Positions 42,450 through 52,902 are shown, counted from the first letter of the stretch. The stretch is DNA of 64,000 bases from an uncultured delta proteobacterium (GCA_963803975.1 CAWDOY010000003.1:128001-192000); one strand, 5' to 3'. Translations and numbers: made by a program. The notes: a model not told the origin generated them from the letters alone.

Positions 42450-43562
42450 ATGACAATAGAAGGGATAAATTCCAAAACAGGGATAATCATGATTGGCCAT
42501 GGAGAGCCGGAAGTCTTTGAAGAAGAACTGTGGGCTGAAGCGCTGCATGAAATGTTTGAGGAGTTAAAGAGAACCGGTATCGAAGCTCCTTCTGATGAAG
42601 CCATTCCCCTGATGCTGCCCATAATAGAGGGAAAATATGCAGCCATAGGGGGCAGATCAAGACATAATGAGATCATTGGCAAGCAAAGCGAACTAATAGC
42701 CCGGACGTTGCATGAACACGTAGTCAGTTATGGATTCAATGAATTCACCAGCCCGCATTTTACGGCCGTTACCGAGCAGATGATACGTGAAGGAATAACC
42801 AGGATGGTGTTTGTTCCCATGCTGATGACAGATTCCTCGCATACGCAGGAGATAAAAAATAAAATTGAATGCATGAATCTGCAAGAACAGGGTGTTACCT
42901 GGGTTATGAGTAAGCCACTCTTTTATAGACCGGAACCAATACAACTGGTAATAAATAAAATTATGCGAGCTGCGGGAAACATTCCGCCAGATAAAACAGG
43001 CATACTACTCGTTTCCCATGGAGAACCGGATCAGTGGGCTTTATCGTCCACTATACATACCAAATGCAATGAGCAGGAGAAAGCGTTTGCTTTGAGTGTA
43101 AAAAAGGGGCTTATTGAGAGAGGCTTCCCAGGGGAGAATATCGTGCGGGCATTTAATGAATTCACCCATCCTGAAATAGCAGAAGCGGCTGAAGGACTGG
43201 CGCATAAAAAAGTCAAAAAGATTATTGCCGCAGCCACCTTTGGCAATACTGACTGTATCCATGTAAACTATGACATACCGGCAAAACTAATAGAATCTAT
43301 TGATAACGCAGCCGTAGAGATTGTTTGTCTTGATGGGTGGAATGAAGATCCTCTGCTGATTACCGCATATTGCGAACTGATCAAGGAATCGCTGCTACTG
43401 CTATCTGAAAACCAGATTGAAGGTTGCTACCTGTCGAAGGGGGGTAGCAGCGTCTGCAGTCAGAATGCAAACAATCATTACAGAGCAATAATAAAGCGTC
43501 TGGCTGCTGCTCGCATAGGGGCACATGTCTCTTTATCCCTGACCATAGAGCCGTACGACTAA
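42450..43562 (+). CDS. Cytoplasmic class II chelatase-fold protein, paralog of 36745
   Basis: GIIMIGHGEPE, GFNEFTSP, DSSHT, LLVSHGEPD, HVNYDIP and GWNEDPLL; no signal peptide; the last ~50 aa may be read-through. Confidence 0.75.
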   Translation: MTIEGINSKTGIIMIGHGEPEVFEEELWAEALHEMFEELKRTGIEAPSDEAIPLMLPIIEGKYAAIGGRSRHNEIIGKQSELIARTLHEHVVSYGFNEFTSPHFTAVTEQMIREGITRMVFVPMLMTDSSHTQEIKNKIECMNLQEQGVTWVMSKPLFYRPEPIQLVINKIMRAAGNIPPDKTGILLVSHGEPDQWALSSTIHTKCNEQEKAFALSVKKGLIERGFPGENIVRAFNEFTHPEIAEAAEGLAHKKVKKIIAAATFGNTDCIHVNYDIPAKLIESIDNAAVEIVCLDGWNEDPLLITAYCELIKESLLLLSENQIEGCYLSKGGSSVCSQNANNHYRAIIKRLAAARIGAHVSLSLTIEPYD

Positions 43563-44871
43563 AAAATTACCTGAGATACGCATATTTCATCCGGCAGAGG
43601 AACGCTTCTTCCCATGGTATCCTCCCCGTAATTAACTTCAGCAAGCAGCTTGAGATCGTGGAGTGTTTTTTTATCTCCCCGGAACTCAACTGCCGTGATA
43701 CCCTCCTTTTTTATGATTCCAGCAGCCCACATCATGTCAATGACACTCGCGGCATCGAACTCTTTATTGCTTACTACCATGGTTGTTTTAGTGCCGTAGT
43801 TGTTTACTGCTTTAGCCACAAGGGTTGATGGTCTAAGATGAAAGCCAAGTCCCTGGGGTACATTAAGCGTGATGGAATCAACAACGGTATATTTTGTGAC
43901 AATAGATTCAGCCAGCGTCAGGCCGTCTTTTATAAACAGGGTGTAGTAATAAAGAGCAAAATTAATAATGGTATTGAGCACTTCTTTTCTGCTGACAATT
44001 TTTTCAATGCGCTTCATGGTGCTTTCAGCCCGCACTTTGGTTTCATGCCGTTCAACAAAATGACAGAGGCCCTGGGCGATTTCCAGAAAATGGAGGGTAA
44101 TGGAAATATAGCCGCGTAAACTTTTCAGCGATTCGTCCTTCAATTCAACCGGCGTTTTATGAATATAGGTATCATACATTGACTGCAGACTGTGCATTTT
44201 AGCTTCGATATGACGCAGGATGTCTTCATTGATTTTTGCCGGTATGAGTTTTTCTATATTTTTATCAGTGATTTTTTTCTCGAACAATAAGATGTTCCGA
44301 AGCTTTTATAACGGCAAGAAATTCAGCGGCAACGCGGGTAACATTTTCATTAATTTCATGCACCGTCTCCTCGTCAATCGTGTGGGGCAGGATCTTTAAC
44401 GATCAGATTTTCTTCCACATCTTCTTCATTAAGCACGCAGGATGGGATGCTCAAGTGGTTAAATAGTTCAGCCTCTTTTTTAAGACTGGAAAAGAGGGAT
44501 ATGATGGACTCATTCAGGAACTGCACTATCAACTGGGCATCCTGAATAAAGGAAGTCTCATGTTTATTGTTCAGGCGGTACAGAGTGATGCGGCGCAGTA
44601 TATGGCTGATTATATAGGCAACGTTTGCAAAGTTGCGGATAGAAGCGACAAGTTCACCAAAATAGACCCAGGTTTTGTTGTTGCGCGCCCCATGGTCATC
44701 GAGCAGGTCTTCTAAATCCGTTGCTTCCTTAATCAGTATCCCATACAGCTTTTTGTTGAGCTTGTGGGTATTATCAAGCAAACAGGATGACAGAATAAGC
44801 ATTTTACGGGCTGCTTTTTGTGCAATGCCCAGAAACTCTTCTTCCTTTATTATTTCAAGCAGTGATTCCAT
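43559..44871 (-). CDS. Large helical protein with a C-terminal HPr phosphocarrier domain (frameshifted)
   Basis: GFHLRPSTLV (HPr His15 motif) and DAASVIDMM; ORFs 44374..44871 and 43559..44287 joined by an open linker. Confidence 0.65.
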
Positions 44872-44911
44872 ATTTCCCCTGTTTGTGTCTCAAGACCAAT
44901 GGTAGATGGTT

Positions 44912-46517
44912 CTAATCGTTAATGGTATCAGGCTCCTGGCTCATGAAAATGTGAAAAGGCCAGGGGATAAGGGCCGCATTCAGCTCTAAGGAATCATCAA
45001 CCGCAGGGTTGATATTTTTTCTTATACAGGGAAGATAGCCGGGCGCTGCAATAGTAATGTCAGTTTTGCAGACCGGAAGATCCAAAGTATAGAATCCCTC
45101 TGTATCTGTTTTAGAAAGCGCACCATAGCCGGTGCTGACGACAACAGCTTCAATTGGCTTCCCGGTAAAGATATTGTGTACTGCTCCGTGAACAGTTCCC
45201 ATGCCAGCAGCTTCAAGTAAAACATCCTGCTCCAGTATGTTATCACCAGACACGACAATATCAGCTTGTGCTCCGGAGAGGTAACAAGGGTGCGACACGT
45301 TGACGGTATGGCTGCCGGGCTCTATATCTTTCAGCATATATCTGCCATCAGAAGAGCTGATGCAGGAAACTGCAGGATCTTCCTTCAGGGTTACTATGGC
45401 CCCCTTAATGCCACAGCCGTTATGGCGGTCCCGGATGAAACCTGAAATAATTCCCAGAGGCTGCATTGAAAAATTGAGAGTGGTCACCGTCCCCTTGCCT
45501 ATTGATACGGATTTCAATATTGGCAGCAAACCCTGCCGTGAGGCAAACAGGGTCAGTCGTACAGATGCTCGAGTATAATTTATAGGTTCCGTCTTGAGTG
45601 CTGAAACTGGCTGCGCCATTATCCGCCTCTACGCGCACACCCGATAGCGGAGCTCCGGTATCACGATTGGTAATTAACCCCCGGATGAGTCCGGTACCAT
45701 TTGTTGTGGGGATGAGAGAGAAATCATAGGTTTTTACAGAAAAAGGGCTGAGAAAAAAGGTTTGACTGCTGAACTGATAACCATCAGCGCTGACGATCAG
45801 GGTAGACAGTCCAAGAGGGGTATCTATGGAATAGAATCCATCACTGCTTGCGGAGATTTCGCCGGCATTTGAAATAATAATAGCGTCATTTATCCGTATG
45901 CCGGTGCAGGCATCCTTGATGATACCTTTAACCGCGATGCGAGCAGCAGGAGCTGTATTGAGTTCAACATTAAGATTGGTTGTAACATAGGGGTATAGGG
46001 GATATTTTTTAACTTGTTTACTGGTAAACCCGTCTGCAGAAAAAGTAATGGTAACCACGCCTGAGGGGGAAGGCAACCTGAAACTGCCGTCCCTGCCGCT
46101 TGAAATGGTTGCGCCGCCAAGGTCCGTTGTGATCAGTGCCCCCTGAATACCCTCTCCGTTAGAAGAGCGAACTATATGACCCTCAACATAGCCAACCGGG
46201 GTGGAAGCGGGTGTAATGCCGAAATCGACCTGTGCAATGTTTCCGGGAGTAGCGGGAATACCTGATAAGAGATTTGCCGAAGAGTCAGGCGCAGTTGCGA
46301 TTAACGTATAGATGCTGGGAGGAACGCGTAACACATACGCCCCGTTTGACGAGGCGGTTGAAACTCCATTTGCCGTTGTAATGGTTGCACCGGTTACCAG
46401 CGTACTGCTAAACGTGTTAAATATGGTGCCTTTGATAAATGCGGGCTGAATAGCATGTGCGGGGATAGCTGAAAAGGGCAGAGAAAACAGAGAGAACAGT
46501 AAAAGCGCAAGTATCAT
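44912..46517 (-). CDS. Exported protein with carboxypeptidase-regulatory-like (PEGA/Cna-B) beta-sandwich repeats (frameshift near 45550)
   Basis: Signal peptide ending AHA; repeated G.I.G.I....G..I.GA.I / DG.Y / SA.GY units; start codon approximate. Confidence 0.7.
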
Positions 46518-46551
46518 AACTGCCGGAATGCAGTTCGACGGTGGGGTGCTT

Positions 46552-46872
46552 CTATTTTTCAACAAAAACCCGGTGTCCACTAAAGGGCAGTAGATCGCCT
46601 GCCTTAAGATTATATTTTCTGATAATTTCATTATCGAGCGATACTTTTTCCCCGCTGATGGTGATATAATATTTACGCATCGGTATTACCATCGCTTTAC
46701 GAGCGGGCTTTTTTGATGGCTTTTTTATTGCTCTGACCTGTTTTTTTACCGGTTTCTGCTTTGTCTTGGTTTTGGCTGCTGCGGCAGTGCTGCTTTTTTG
46801 CCTGGTGCGAACCTTGCGCTGTACCTTGGTGCGACGGGAGATCAGAGACTTACTTTTTTTTGCTTTCATCAA
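46552..46872 (-). CDS. Small Lys/Arg-rich basic hypothetical protein
   Basis: About 60-aa K/R/A-rich N-terminus plus a small globular C-terminus. Confidence 0.55.
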   Translation of the reverse strand: MMKAKKSKSLISRRTKVQRKVRTRQKSSTAAAAKTKTKQKPVKKQVRAIKKPSKKPARKAMVIPMRKYYITISGEKVSLDNEIIRKYNLKAGDLLPFSGHRVFVEK

Positions 46873-47038
46873 CTGGTTTCTGTTTTAACCTTTTCAGTAG
46901 ATTAATCGGCTTGTGAATAATCTCACATTCCTCTAATTTGTTTTGCCCGTCAGGCAAAAGACCGGAAATATCTTTTACATATTTTTCCTGTTCTGCTAAT
47001 TCCATATGCTCAACTAAACGTTTATCCTTTATATCCAT
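46850..47038 (-). CDS. Small hypothetical protein
   Basis: 62-aa ORF with a GGAGAGG ribosome-binding site. Confidence 0.5.
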   Translation of the reverse strand: MDIKDKRLVEHMELAEQEKYVKDISGLLPDGQNKLEECEIIHKPINLLKRLKQKPVDESKKK

Positions 47039-47110
47039 GGCAACTCATTCCTCTCCCAAATTACTGTATGGCGGGGTTTCAAGACATTTTATTTTAAAAA
47101 ACCATTATGG

Positions 47111-47491
47111 TTATGAAACACCGCTTATCAGGGAATCCCGTATCTGCAGGATCTCTTCCTTTATCTCTTTTAATACCTCCCGGTATTTATGCGGTACAAA
47201 GCCGAGGGGTAACTGTTTCTCTTTATCTTTCTCTTTCTCGTGAATGTTTGAATCTTTCAGTTTTAGCTTTGCCCCGGCAATGGTAAACTTATCCTCATAG
47301 AGCATTTTTTTTATTTTTAGAATTGATTCAACGTCTTTTTTACGGTACAGGCGCTGATTTGATTTTGTCCGGTATGGTTTCACTAACTTGAATTCTGATT
47401 CCCAATAGCGCAAAATGTACGGCTCAACCCCGGTAATCTTGCACACTTCGCCTATTTTAAAGTAGAGCTTATCGGGAATTACTGCTACCAT
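47111..47491 (-). CDS. MerR-family regulator (ihfA-associated)
   Basis: [12 protein letters not shown]...[11 protein letters not shown]...QRLY. Confidence 0.9.
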   Translation of the reverse strand: MVAVIPDKLYFKIGEVCKITGVEPYILRYWESEFKLVKPYRTKSNQRLYRKKDVESILKIKKMLYEDKFTIAGAKLKLKDSNIHEKEKDKEKQLPLGFVPHKYREVLKEIKEEILQIRDSLISGVS

Positions 47492-47631
47492 GATATGTCT
47501 GCTCCCGGCGTTTCGTATCTGACTTAGTTATCTTTATATAAATTATTAACTAAGTGCAAGGAAATTATAACAATAATTAGAATTTATATGCAGCTTTATG
47601 GTAACGCTGCTAAATAAAAAATAAAGTTATA

Positions 47632-47907
47632 TTATCTATTTAGGTATTTCTTGAGTACCGGGCTTGCCTTAAAAGTAAGCACACTGCGCGCTGAAATGGC
47701 GATCTCTTCCCCGGTCTGCGGGTTTCTGCCCCGTCTCACCTTCTTTGAACGAACATTAAAATTTCCAAACCCTGATATTTTTACCTTATCGCCGTGCTCA
47801 AGGGAAGATCGGATAATTTCAAAAATAAGCTCAACAATCATTGTTGATTCCTTTTTGGAAAGCCCCACCTTTTCATAAATGTTTGCAATTAAATCTGCCT
47901 TGGTCAT
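47632..47907 (-). CDS. ihfA: Integration host factor alpha
   Basis: MTKADL, VKISGFGNF and GRNPQTGE; follows pheT. Confidence 0.93.
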   Translation of the reverse strand: MTKADLIANIYEKVGLSKKESTMIVELIFEIIRSSLEHGDKVKISGFGNFNVRSKKVRRGRNPQTGEEIAISARSVLTFKASPVLKKYLNR

Positions 47908-47932
47908 AAATCAGTGCCCTCCTTGAAATGTG

Positions 47933-50344
47933 TTACCTGAGATCAGCTCCTACCTCTTTGGTTAGGTGTAGGAGAAGCTTTTCCTGGATTTTATTTATTT
48001 CATCATCAGTAAGGTTGCGGCTGTAGGATTGATACTGTATTCGATATGCAAGGCTCTTTTTCCCCGGCGGAATCGTGCCGCCGGAAAAACAATCGAACAG
48101 CAGGATATGCTCAATCAGTTTATTTTTAAATGAAGCAATAGCATTGTGTACCGCCTCTGCGGTTACGCTTTCATCAACTATCAGGGCAACGTCGCGATAA
48201 ATCGCCGGATGGCGGGGCAGTGGGGCAAACTGAGCAGCTTTTCCGGAAACAGAGGAACAGATAAAATCAAAATCAAGATCAAACAGATACGCAGTCCGGT
48301 CAATATTGAATTTTTCCAGCACTTCAGGATGCACCTCGCCAACAAAGCCGGCGTAGAAATCATCGGCTACCAGGGACAGGCAATTGTGCGGATGCATGAA
48401 TGGCTCACGGATATCATGCATAAAACGGATATTTGAAATAGATGCTTTATCAAGAAGCATTTCCACGCAGCCTTTAATGTCAAAAAAGTCCGCCTCGGCC
48501 CGGGGAAAGCTCCAATTTTCCTGAAAACGGAGCCCGCACATCAGACCGCATATCCTTTTCTTTTCAACCGGCAAGGGGCGCGCATGATCAGCAAAAAATA
48601 CGGTGCTGATTTCAAACAGCTTAATGGTATTGTTTTTATGGCGAAGATTATCACCGAGATTGACCAGCAAACTGGGAATCAAAGAAGTGCGGAGAATAGA
48701 CTGACCCTCTGCAAGCGGATTTAAAATAGTAACGTATCTAAGACGCAGGTCGTGCGCCGGAAGATTTAAACGAGGCAGAAGGGCAGGGTCAACAAAGCTG
48801 TAGTTAATAGCTTCATAAAATCCCTGTGATACCATGACATCCCGTGCAAGAGCGGTCAGTGTATGAGAAGCGGCACGGGGTCTCCCTGATATGCGCGCCA
48901 GGGGATATGTTAACGGAATATGCTGATAACCATTGAGGCGGGCTACCTCTTCGATGAGGTCAACAGGCTCCTGGATGTCAACGCGAAATGTAGGCGGGGT
49001 GACCTGCAGTTCGTCTGCACCGGATTTGCTTACCGACATGTGCAGGCGGTTCAGCAATTGTTCAATAACCTCATTGGTACATGATATGCCGATGTGCTTG
49101 CGCGTTTTTGCGGTACTGAGGTTAATTGATGGCGGCGGCGGCAGGGGCAGGGGATAGCAATCAATAATGCCGCGGGAAATATTGCCATTGCATAATTGCG
49201 CAATGAGTGAAGCGGCCCGGTTAAGAGAAGGAATAACGCCCTGTATATCGACCCCTTTTTCAAACCTGAGCGACGCCTCAGTTTTGAGATTTGCTGCCTG
49301 GCTGGTTTTCCTGATGGAAGCGGGCAAAAAGTAGGCACTTTCAAGGAGAATACGGCTGGTTGAAGCATGCACTTCTGAATTTTGTCCTCCCATGATACCT
49401 CCCAGCGCAACCGGACGAGCGCCGTCACAGATCATGAGCGAATCGGAATTCATTATGCGTTCATCACCGTCGAGAGTTATAAAGCGCTCTTTATCAGAGG
49501 CCCTTTTAACAACGATTCTGTGGCCTGACAAAAGATCATAATCGAAGGCATGCAGCGGCTGGCCCCATTCAAGCAAAACATAATTTGTAACATCGACCGC
49601 ATTGTTGATTGAGCGTATCCCTGCTGTTTCAAGCCTCCGGCGCATCCACAGAGGAGAAGGTCCTATGGTTATATCCGAGATGATACGGGCGGTGTAGCGG
49701 GGGCAAAGGTCCGTATCGATAATTTCAACACTGGTGAGCGTTGCAAGGGGTGTCCCGTTCTCCTGCAGGGTAATCTCCGGCATGGTGAAGGGCACGTCAA
49801 GGATCGCAGAAATTTCCCGTGCCATGCCTATAACACTCAGGCAGTCAGGGCGGTTTGGTGCTATGCCCAGCTCAAAGATAGTGTCAACAAGACCGAGCGC
49901 GTGCGCAAACGGTGTACCGGATTTTTGATCAGGGGAAAGTATCATGATCCCTGAGGTATTATTACCCAAAGCAAGTTCCTGTTCTGAACAGAGCATCCCC
50001 TGAGAAAGCTCACCCCGGATTTTTGCTTCCTTTATCTGCATGCCGCTCGGCAGATCTGCTCCCGCCAGAGCCAGGGGCACTTTCTGGCCGATCGTTATAT
50101 TTGATGCGCCGCAGACAACTGAAAAGATCCGTTCACCGGCCTGAACCTGTGTCAATGAGAGCTTGTCTGCCTGAGGATGGGGCTTGATATCAAGAATCTC
50201 GCCCACCACAATATTTTTCCATTCACCGCCGATATGAGTTATCTGTTCCACCTCAATGCCAGCCATGACCAGTTTTTCGGCAAGCGTTTCAGGTGACAGA
50301 TCAAACAATATGAAATCTTTAAGCCAGTTAATGCTGAGGAACAT
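47933..50344 (-). CDS. pheT: Phenylalanine-tRNA ligase beta subunit
   Basis: PNRPDCLS, VDVTNYV, GQPLHAFD, DLIEEVAR and a C-terminal FDX-ACB domain. Confidence 0.97.
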   Translation of the reverse strand: MFLSINWLKDFILFDLSPETLAEKLVMAGIEVEQITHIGGEWKNIVVGEILDIKPHPQADKLSLTQVQAGERIFSVVCGASNITIGQKVPLALAGADLPSGMQIKEAKIRGELSQGMLCSEQELALGNNTSGIMILSPDQKSGTPFAHALGLVDTIFELGIAPNRPDCLSVIGMAREISAILDVPFTMPEITLQENGTPLATLTSVEIIDTDLCPRYTARIISDITIGPSPLWMRRRLETAGIRSINNAVDVTNYVLLEWGQPLHAFDYDLLSGHRIVVKRASDKERFITLDGDERIMNSDSLMICDGARPVALGGIMGGQNSEVHASTSRILLESAYFLPASIRKTSQAANLKTEASLRFEKGVDIQGVIPSLNRAASLIAQLCNGNISRGIIDCYPLPLPPPPSINLSTAKTRKHIGISCTNEVIEQLLNRLHMSVSKSGADELQVTPPTFRVDIQEPVDLIEEVARLNGYQHIPLTYPLARISGRPRAASHTLTALARDVMVSQGFYEAINYSFVDPALLPRLNLPAHDLRLRYVTILNPLAEGQSILRTSLIPSLLVNLGDNLRHKNNTIKLFEISTVFFADHARPLPVEKKRICGLMCGLRFQENWSFPRAEADFFDIKGCVEMLLDKASISNIRFMHDIREPFMHPHNCLSLVADDFYAGFVGEVHPEVLEKFNIDRTAYLFDLDFDFICSSVSGKAAQFAPLPRHPAIYRDVALIVDESVTAEAVHNAIASFKNKLIEHILLFDCFSGGTIPPGKKSLAYRIQYQSYSRNLTDDEINKIQEKLLLHLTKEVGADLR

Positions 50345-50354
50345 AGGGTGAATG

Positions 50355-51371
50355 CTAGAACTGTGTTAAAAATCTGTAATCGTTTTCAAAAAAGAGCCGG
50401 ATGTCATTTATGCCGAATTTAAGCATGGCGATTCGCTCAATCCCAAGACCAAAAGCAAAACCAGTGACCTTTTCAGGGTCATAGCCGACATTGCGAAACA
50501 CCTGTGGATGCACCATGCCGGAACCAAGAATCTCCAGCCAGCCTGAGTTACCACAGACACGACACCCTTTGCCCCGGCACATCACGCACTGGATGTCAAC
50601 TTCTGCGCTTGGTTCAGTGAAAGGAAAAAAACTCGGGCGGAATCTGAGCCGGGTATCCTCATCAAAAATCTGCTGAACGAAGGTTGTCAAGAGACCTTTT
50701 AAATCGCCAAACGAGATGTTTTCATCAACCATTAAACCTTCGACCTGGTGAAACATGGGCGTATGGGATATATCTGAATCACAGCGGTAGACCTTGCCGG
50801 GGCAGATTATTCTGATCGGCGGCCTGGTTACCTGCATGGTGCGAATCTGTACCGGTGAGGTGTGCGTTCTGAGCAGGGAATCATCTGATATGTAAAAGGT
50901 ATCATGCATGTCCCTTGCCGGGTGGTCTTTAGGAAGGTTGAGCGCTTCAAAATTAAAGAAATCAAGCTCTACCTCGGGCCCCTCTACAATCTCAAAACCA
51001 AGGCGGGTAAATATATCAATTATTTTATCAGCTACAATGGTGACAGGATGTCTGCCTCCCAGGTGCACCTGTCTTCCCGGAAGGGTGACATCTACCGTGT
51101 GTTCGGAGACCTTCAGGTTGCGCACTGCAGCTTGCACCTGGGACAACGCCTGCTCTATCTGTTCCTCCAGCTCGTTCTTGAAGGCGTTAATGAGCGCTCC
51201 AACTGCAGCACGTTCACCCTGTGGTACATTTTTAAGCAGCTTTATCAGCTGGGTCAGGGACCCGTTACGGCCGAGATAGCGGCTTTTAAACTGATATATA
51301 TCAGTTTCATTTAACAGGTTTGTTAATTCCAGCTGGCTTTGTCTTTTTAGCTTTTCGATTTCTTCTTGCAT
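50355..51371 (-). CDS. pheS: Phenylalanine-tRNA ligase alpha subunit
   Basis: HPARDMHDTF, LRTHTSPVQ, FHQVEG and FPFTEPS. Confidence 0.98.
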   Translation of the reverse strand: MQEEIEKLKRQSQLELTNLLNETDIYQFKSRYLGRNGSLTQLIKLLKNVPQGERAAVGALINAFKNELEEQIEQALSQVQAAVRNLKVSEHTVDVTLPGRQVHLGGRHPVTIVADKIIDIFTRLGFEIVEGPEVELDFFNFEALNLPKDHPARDMHDTFYISDDSLLRTHTSPVQIRTMQVTRPPIRIICPGKVYRCDSDISHTPMFHQVEGLMVDENISFGDLKGLLTTFVQQIFDEDTRLRFRPSFFPFTEPSAEVDIQCVMCRGKGCRVCGNSGWLEILGSGMVHPQVFRNVGYDPEKVTGFAFGLGIERIAMLKFGINDIRLFFENDYRFLTQF

Positions 51372-51501
51372 GGGCTGGTTTCATGCCGTTCTTAAAAGAT
51401 TTTGTGAGCGGCAGAGAGCTTTACCTGTCACATTGTTCTAAGCACCGTGTGCCGGATGTCACCATAATGCTCATGATGCGGCAAATAGACGGTATGTCCC
51501 C

Positions 51502-51879
51502 TTATGCAGCCGCAGGAGCTTTTTGCTGAATATGTTCTTTTACCATGCTGACCAGCTGGGTAAAAGATTGCGGGTCAAAGATGGCCATATCAGCAAGAAT
51601 TTTTCTGTCAATCGTGATATTGGCCAGCTGCAGCCCATGTATGAACTGGCTGTAGTTCATGTCGTTATTTCTTACCGCCGCATTAATGCGGGCAATCCAG
51701 AGGCTCCGGAATTCTCTTTTTCGCACCCGTCGGTCACGATAGGAAAATTTAAGGGCCCGTGCGACAGTTTCGTTGGCGATACGAAACAGTTTGCTGCGGG
51801 GGCCGGTAAAGCCCTTTGCAAGAGCCAGCACTCTTTTTCTTCGTCTTCTCAGCTTAAAACCTCTTTTAACTCGTGGCAT
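51502..51879 (-). CDS. rplT: 50S ribosomal protein L20
   Basis: [28 protein letters not shown] and DRKILAD. Confidence 0.98.
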   Translation of the reverse strand: MPRVKRGFKLRRRRKRVLALAKGFTGPRSKLFRIANETVARALKFSYRDRRVRKREFRSLWIARINAAVRNNDMNYSQFIHGLQLANITIDRKILADMAIFDPQSFTQLVSMVKEHIQQKAPAAA

Positions 51880-52086
51880 GATTACTACCCTTTCAACTTT
51901 AAAATTGTATCTATTTCTGTTTCATTAGAGAGCATGCGTGCTTAAAAACACTGCATTATGTTGCTTACCGTCATTTTACCTCAGTCTCAAGCCGGGATCC
52001 GGCCATGACCCGGTAAAAGAAGGGGCGCAGATGTTTTGCGCACGAGCATGTGCAACAAAAAAAACCGGGAAGTGCAACGCACTGTT

Positions 52087-52284
52087 CTACGCATAGGGGA
52101 TAAGCCTGCGAACATTTCTTTCATCTACTTTTGCTATGAGTGCTCCTTTGCGCAGGGTTCTTTTCCGATTCTTATTTTTATGGGTGAGCAAGTGGCTTGC
52201 GTTTGCCTTTGACCGTTTTACTTTTCCGCTCTTAGTCAGTGTGAAGCGCTTGGCAGCGCCACTATTGGTTTTTAATTTAGGCAT
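52087..52284 (-). CDS. rpmI: 50S ribosomal protein L35
   Basis: MPKLKTNSGAAKRF. Confidence 0.97.
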   Translation of the reverse strand: MPKLKTNSGAAKRFTLTKSGKVKRSKANASHLLTHKNKNRKRTLRKGALIAKVDERNVRRLIPYA

Positions 52285-52361
52285 TGCGTTATATTCTCCT
52301 GAAAAATAGTGTTAATTGCCCGTTGCTGGGACAGCTCATAATCGAAGACTGCCGGTCAACA

Positions 52362-52880
52362 TTATTTCTGTTTTTTCCCGGTGAGGAGCATCAGAATATT
52401 TCGGCCTTCCAGGCGAGGTTCCTGCTCAGTGATGCCATGCTCCTGAACAGCTTCCTTTATTTCCTGTAATAGGGCGAATGCATTTTCCTGATGAAGTATC
52501 TCCCGCCCGCGAAACACAACAGATATTTTTACTTTGTGGCCCTTCTCCAGAAACTCCAGTATATGCCGGATCTTCACCTCAAGGTCATGCTTGCCGGTAT
52601 AGGGCCGAAGTTTGATTTCTTTTACATGCACGGTGCTCTGGACACTTTTTTTGTGAAGTTTCTTGCTTTGCTGATATTTAAATTTGCCATAGTCCATGAA
52701 CCGGCATACCGGCGGGTCTGCATTCGGTGATACTTCAACAAGATCGAGGCCCTGTTCAGCCGCCGCGGCTAATGCCTGGTCAGTAGGCAGAATACCGAGC
52801 TGTCTTCCCTCGGCATCTATTACCCGGACCTTATCTATTCTAATCATCCTGTTGATGCGCAGTGATTTTTCTATGCTGAT
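52362..52880 (-). CDS. infC: Translation initiation factor IF-3, with a non-canonical ATC start
   Basis: AAGGAGGTG-TAGT-ATC in frame restores the conserved RIN motif; LDLVEVSP, MDYGKFKY and KEIKLRP. Confidence 0.93.
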   Translation of the reverse strand: MSIEKSLRINRMIRIDKVRVIDAEGRQLGILPTDQALAAAAEQGLDLVEVSPNADPPVCRFMDYGKFKYQQSKKLHKKSVQSTVHVKEIKLRPYTGKHDLEVKIRHILEFLEKGHKVKISVVFRGREILHQENAFALLQEIKEAVQEHGITEQEPRLEGRNILMLLTGKKQK

Positions 52881-52902
52881 ACTACACCTCCTTGCTGATG
52901 GT

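Noticed and set aside
28895..43562. Coenzyme F430 (cfb) or cobalamin operon
   Set aside because: CfbD is a single-subunit type without PCP_red; no amidase, Mur ligase or precorrin methyltransferases are present
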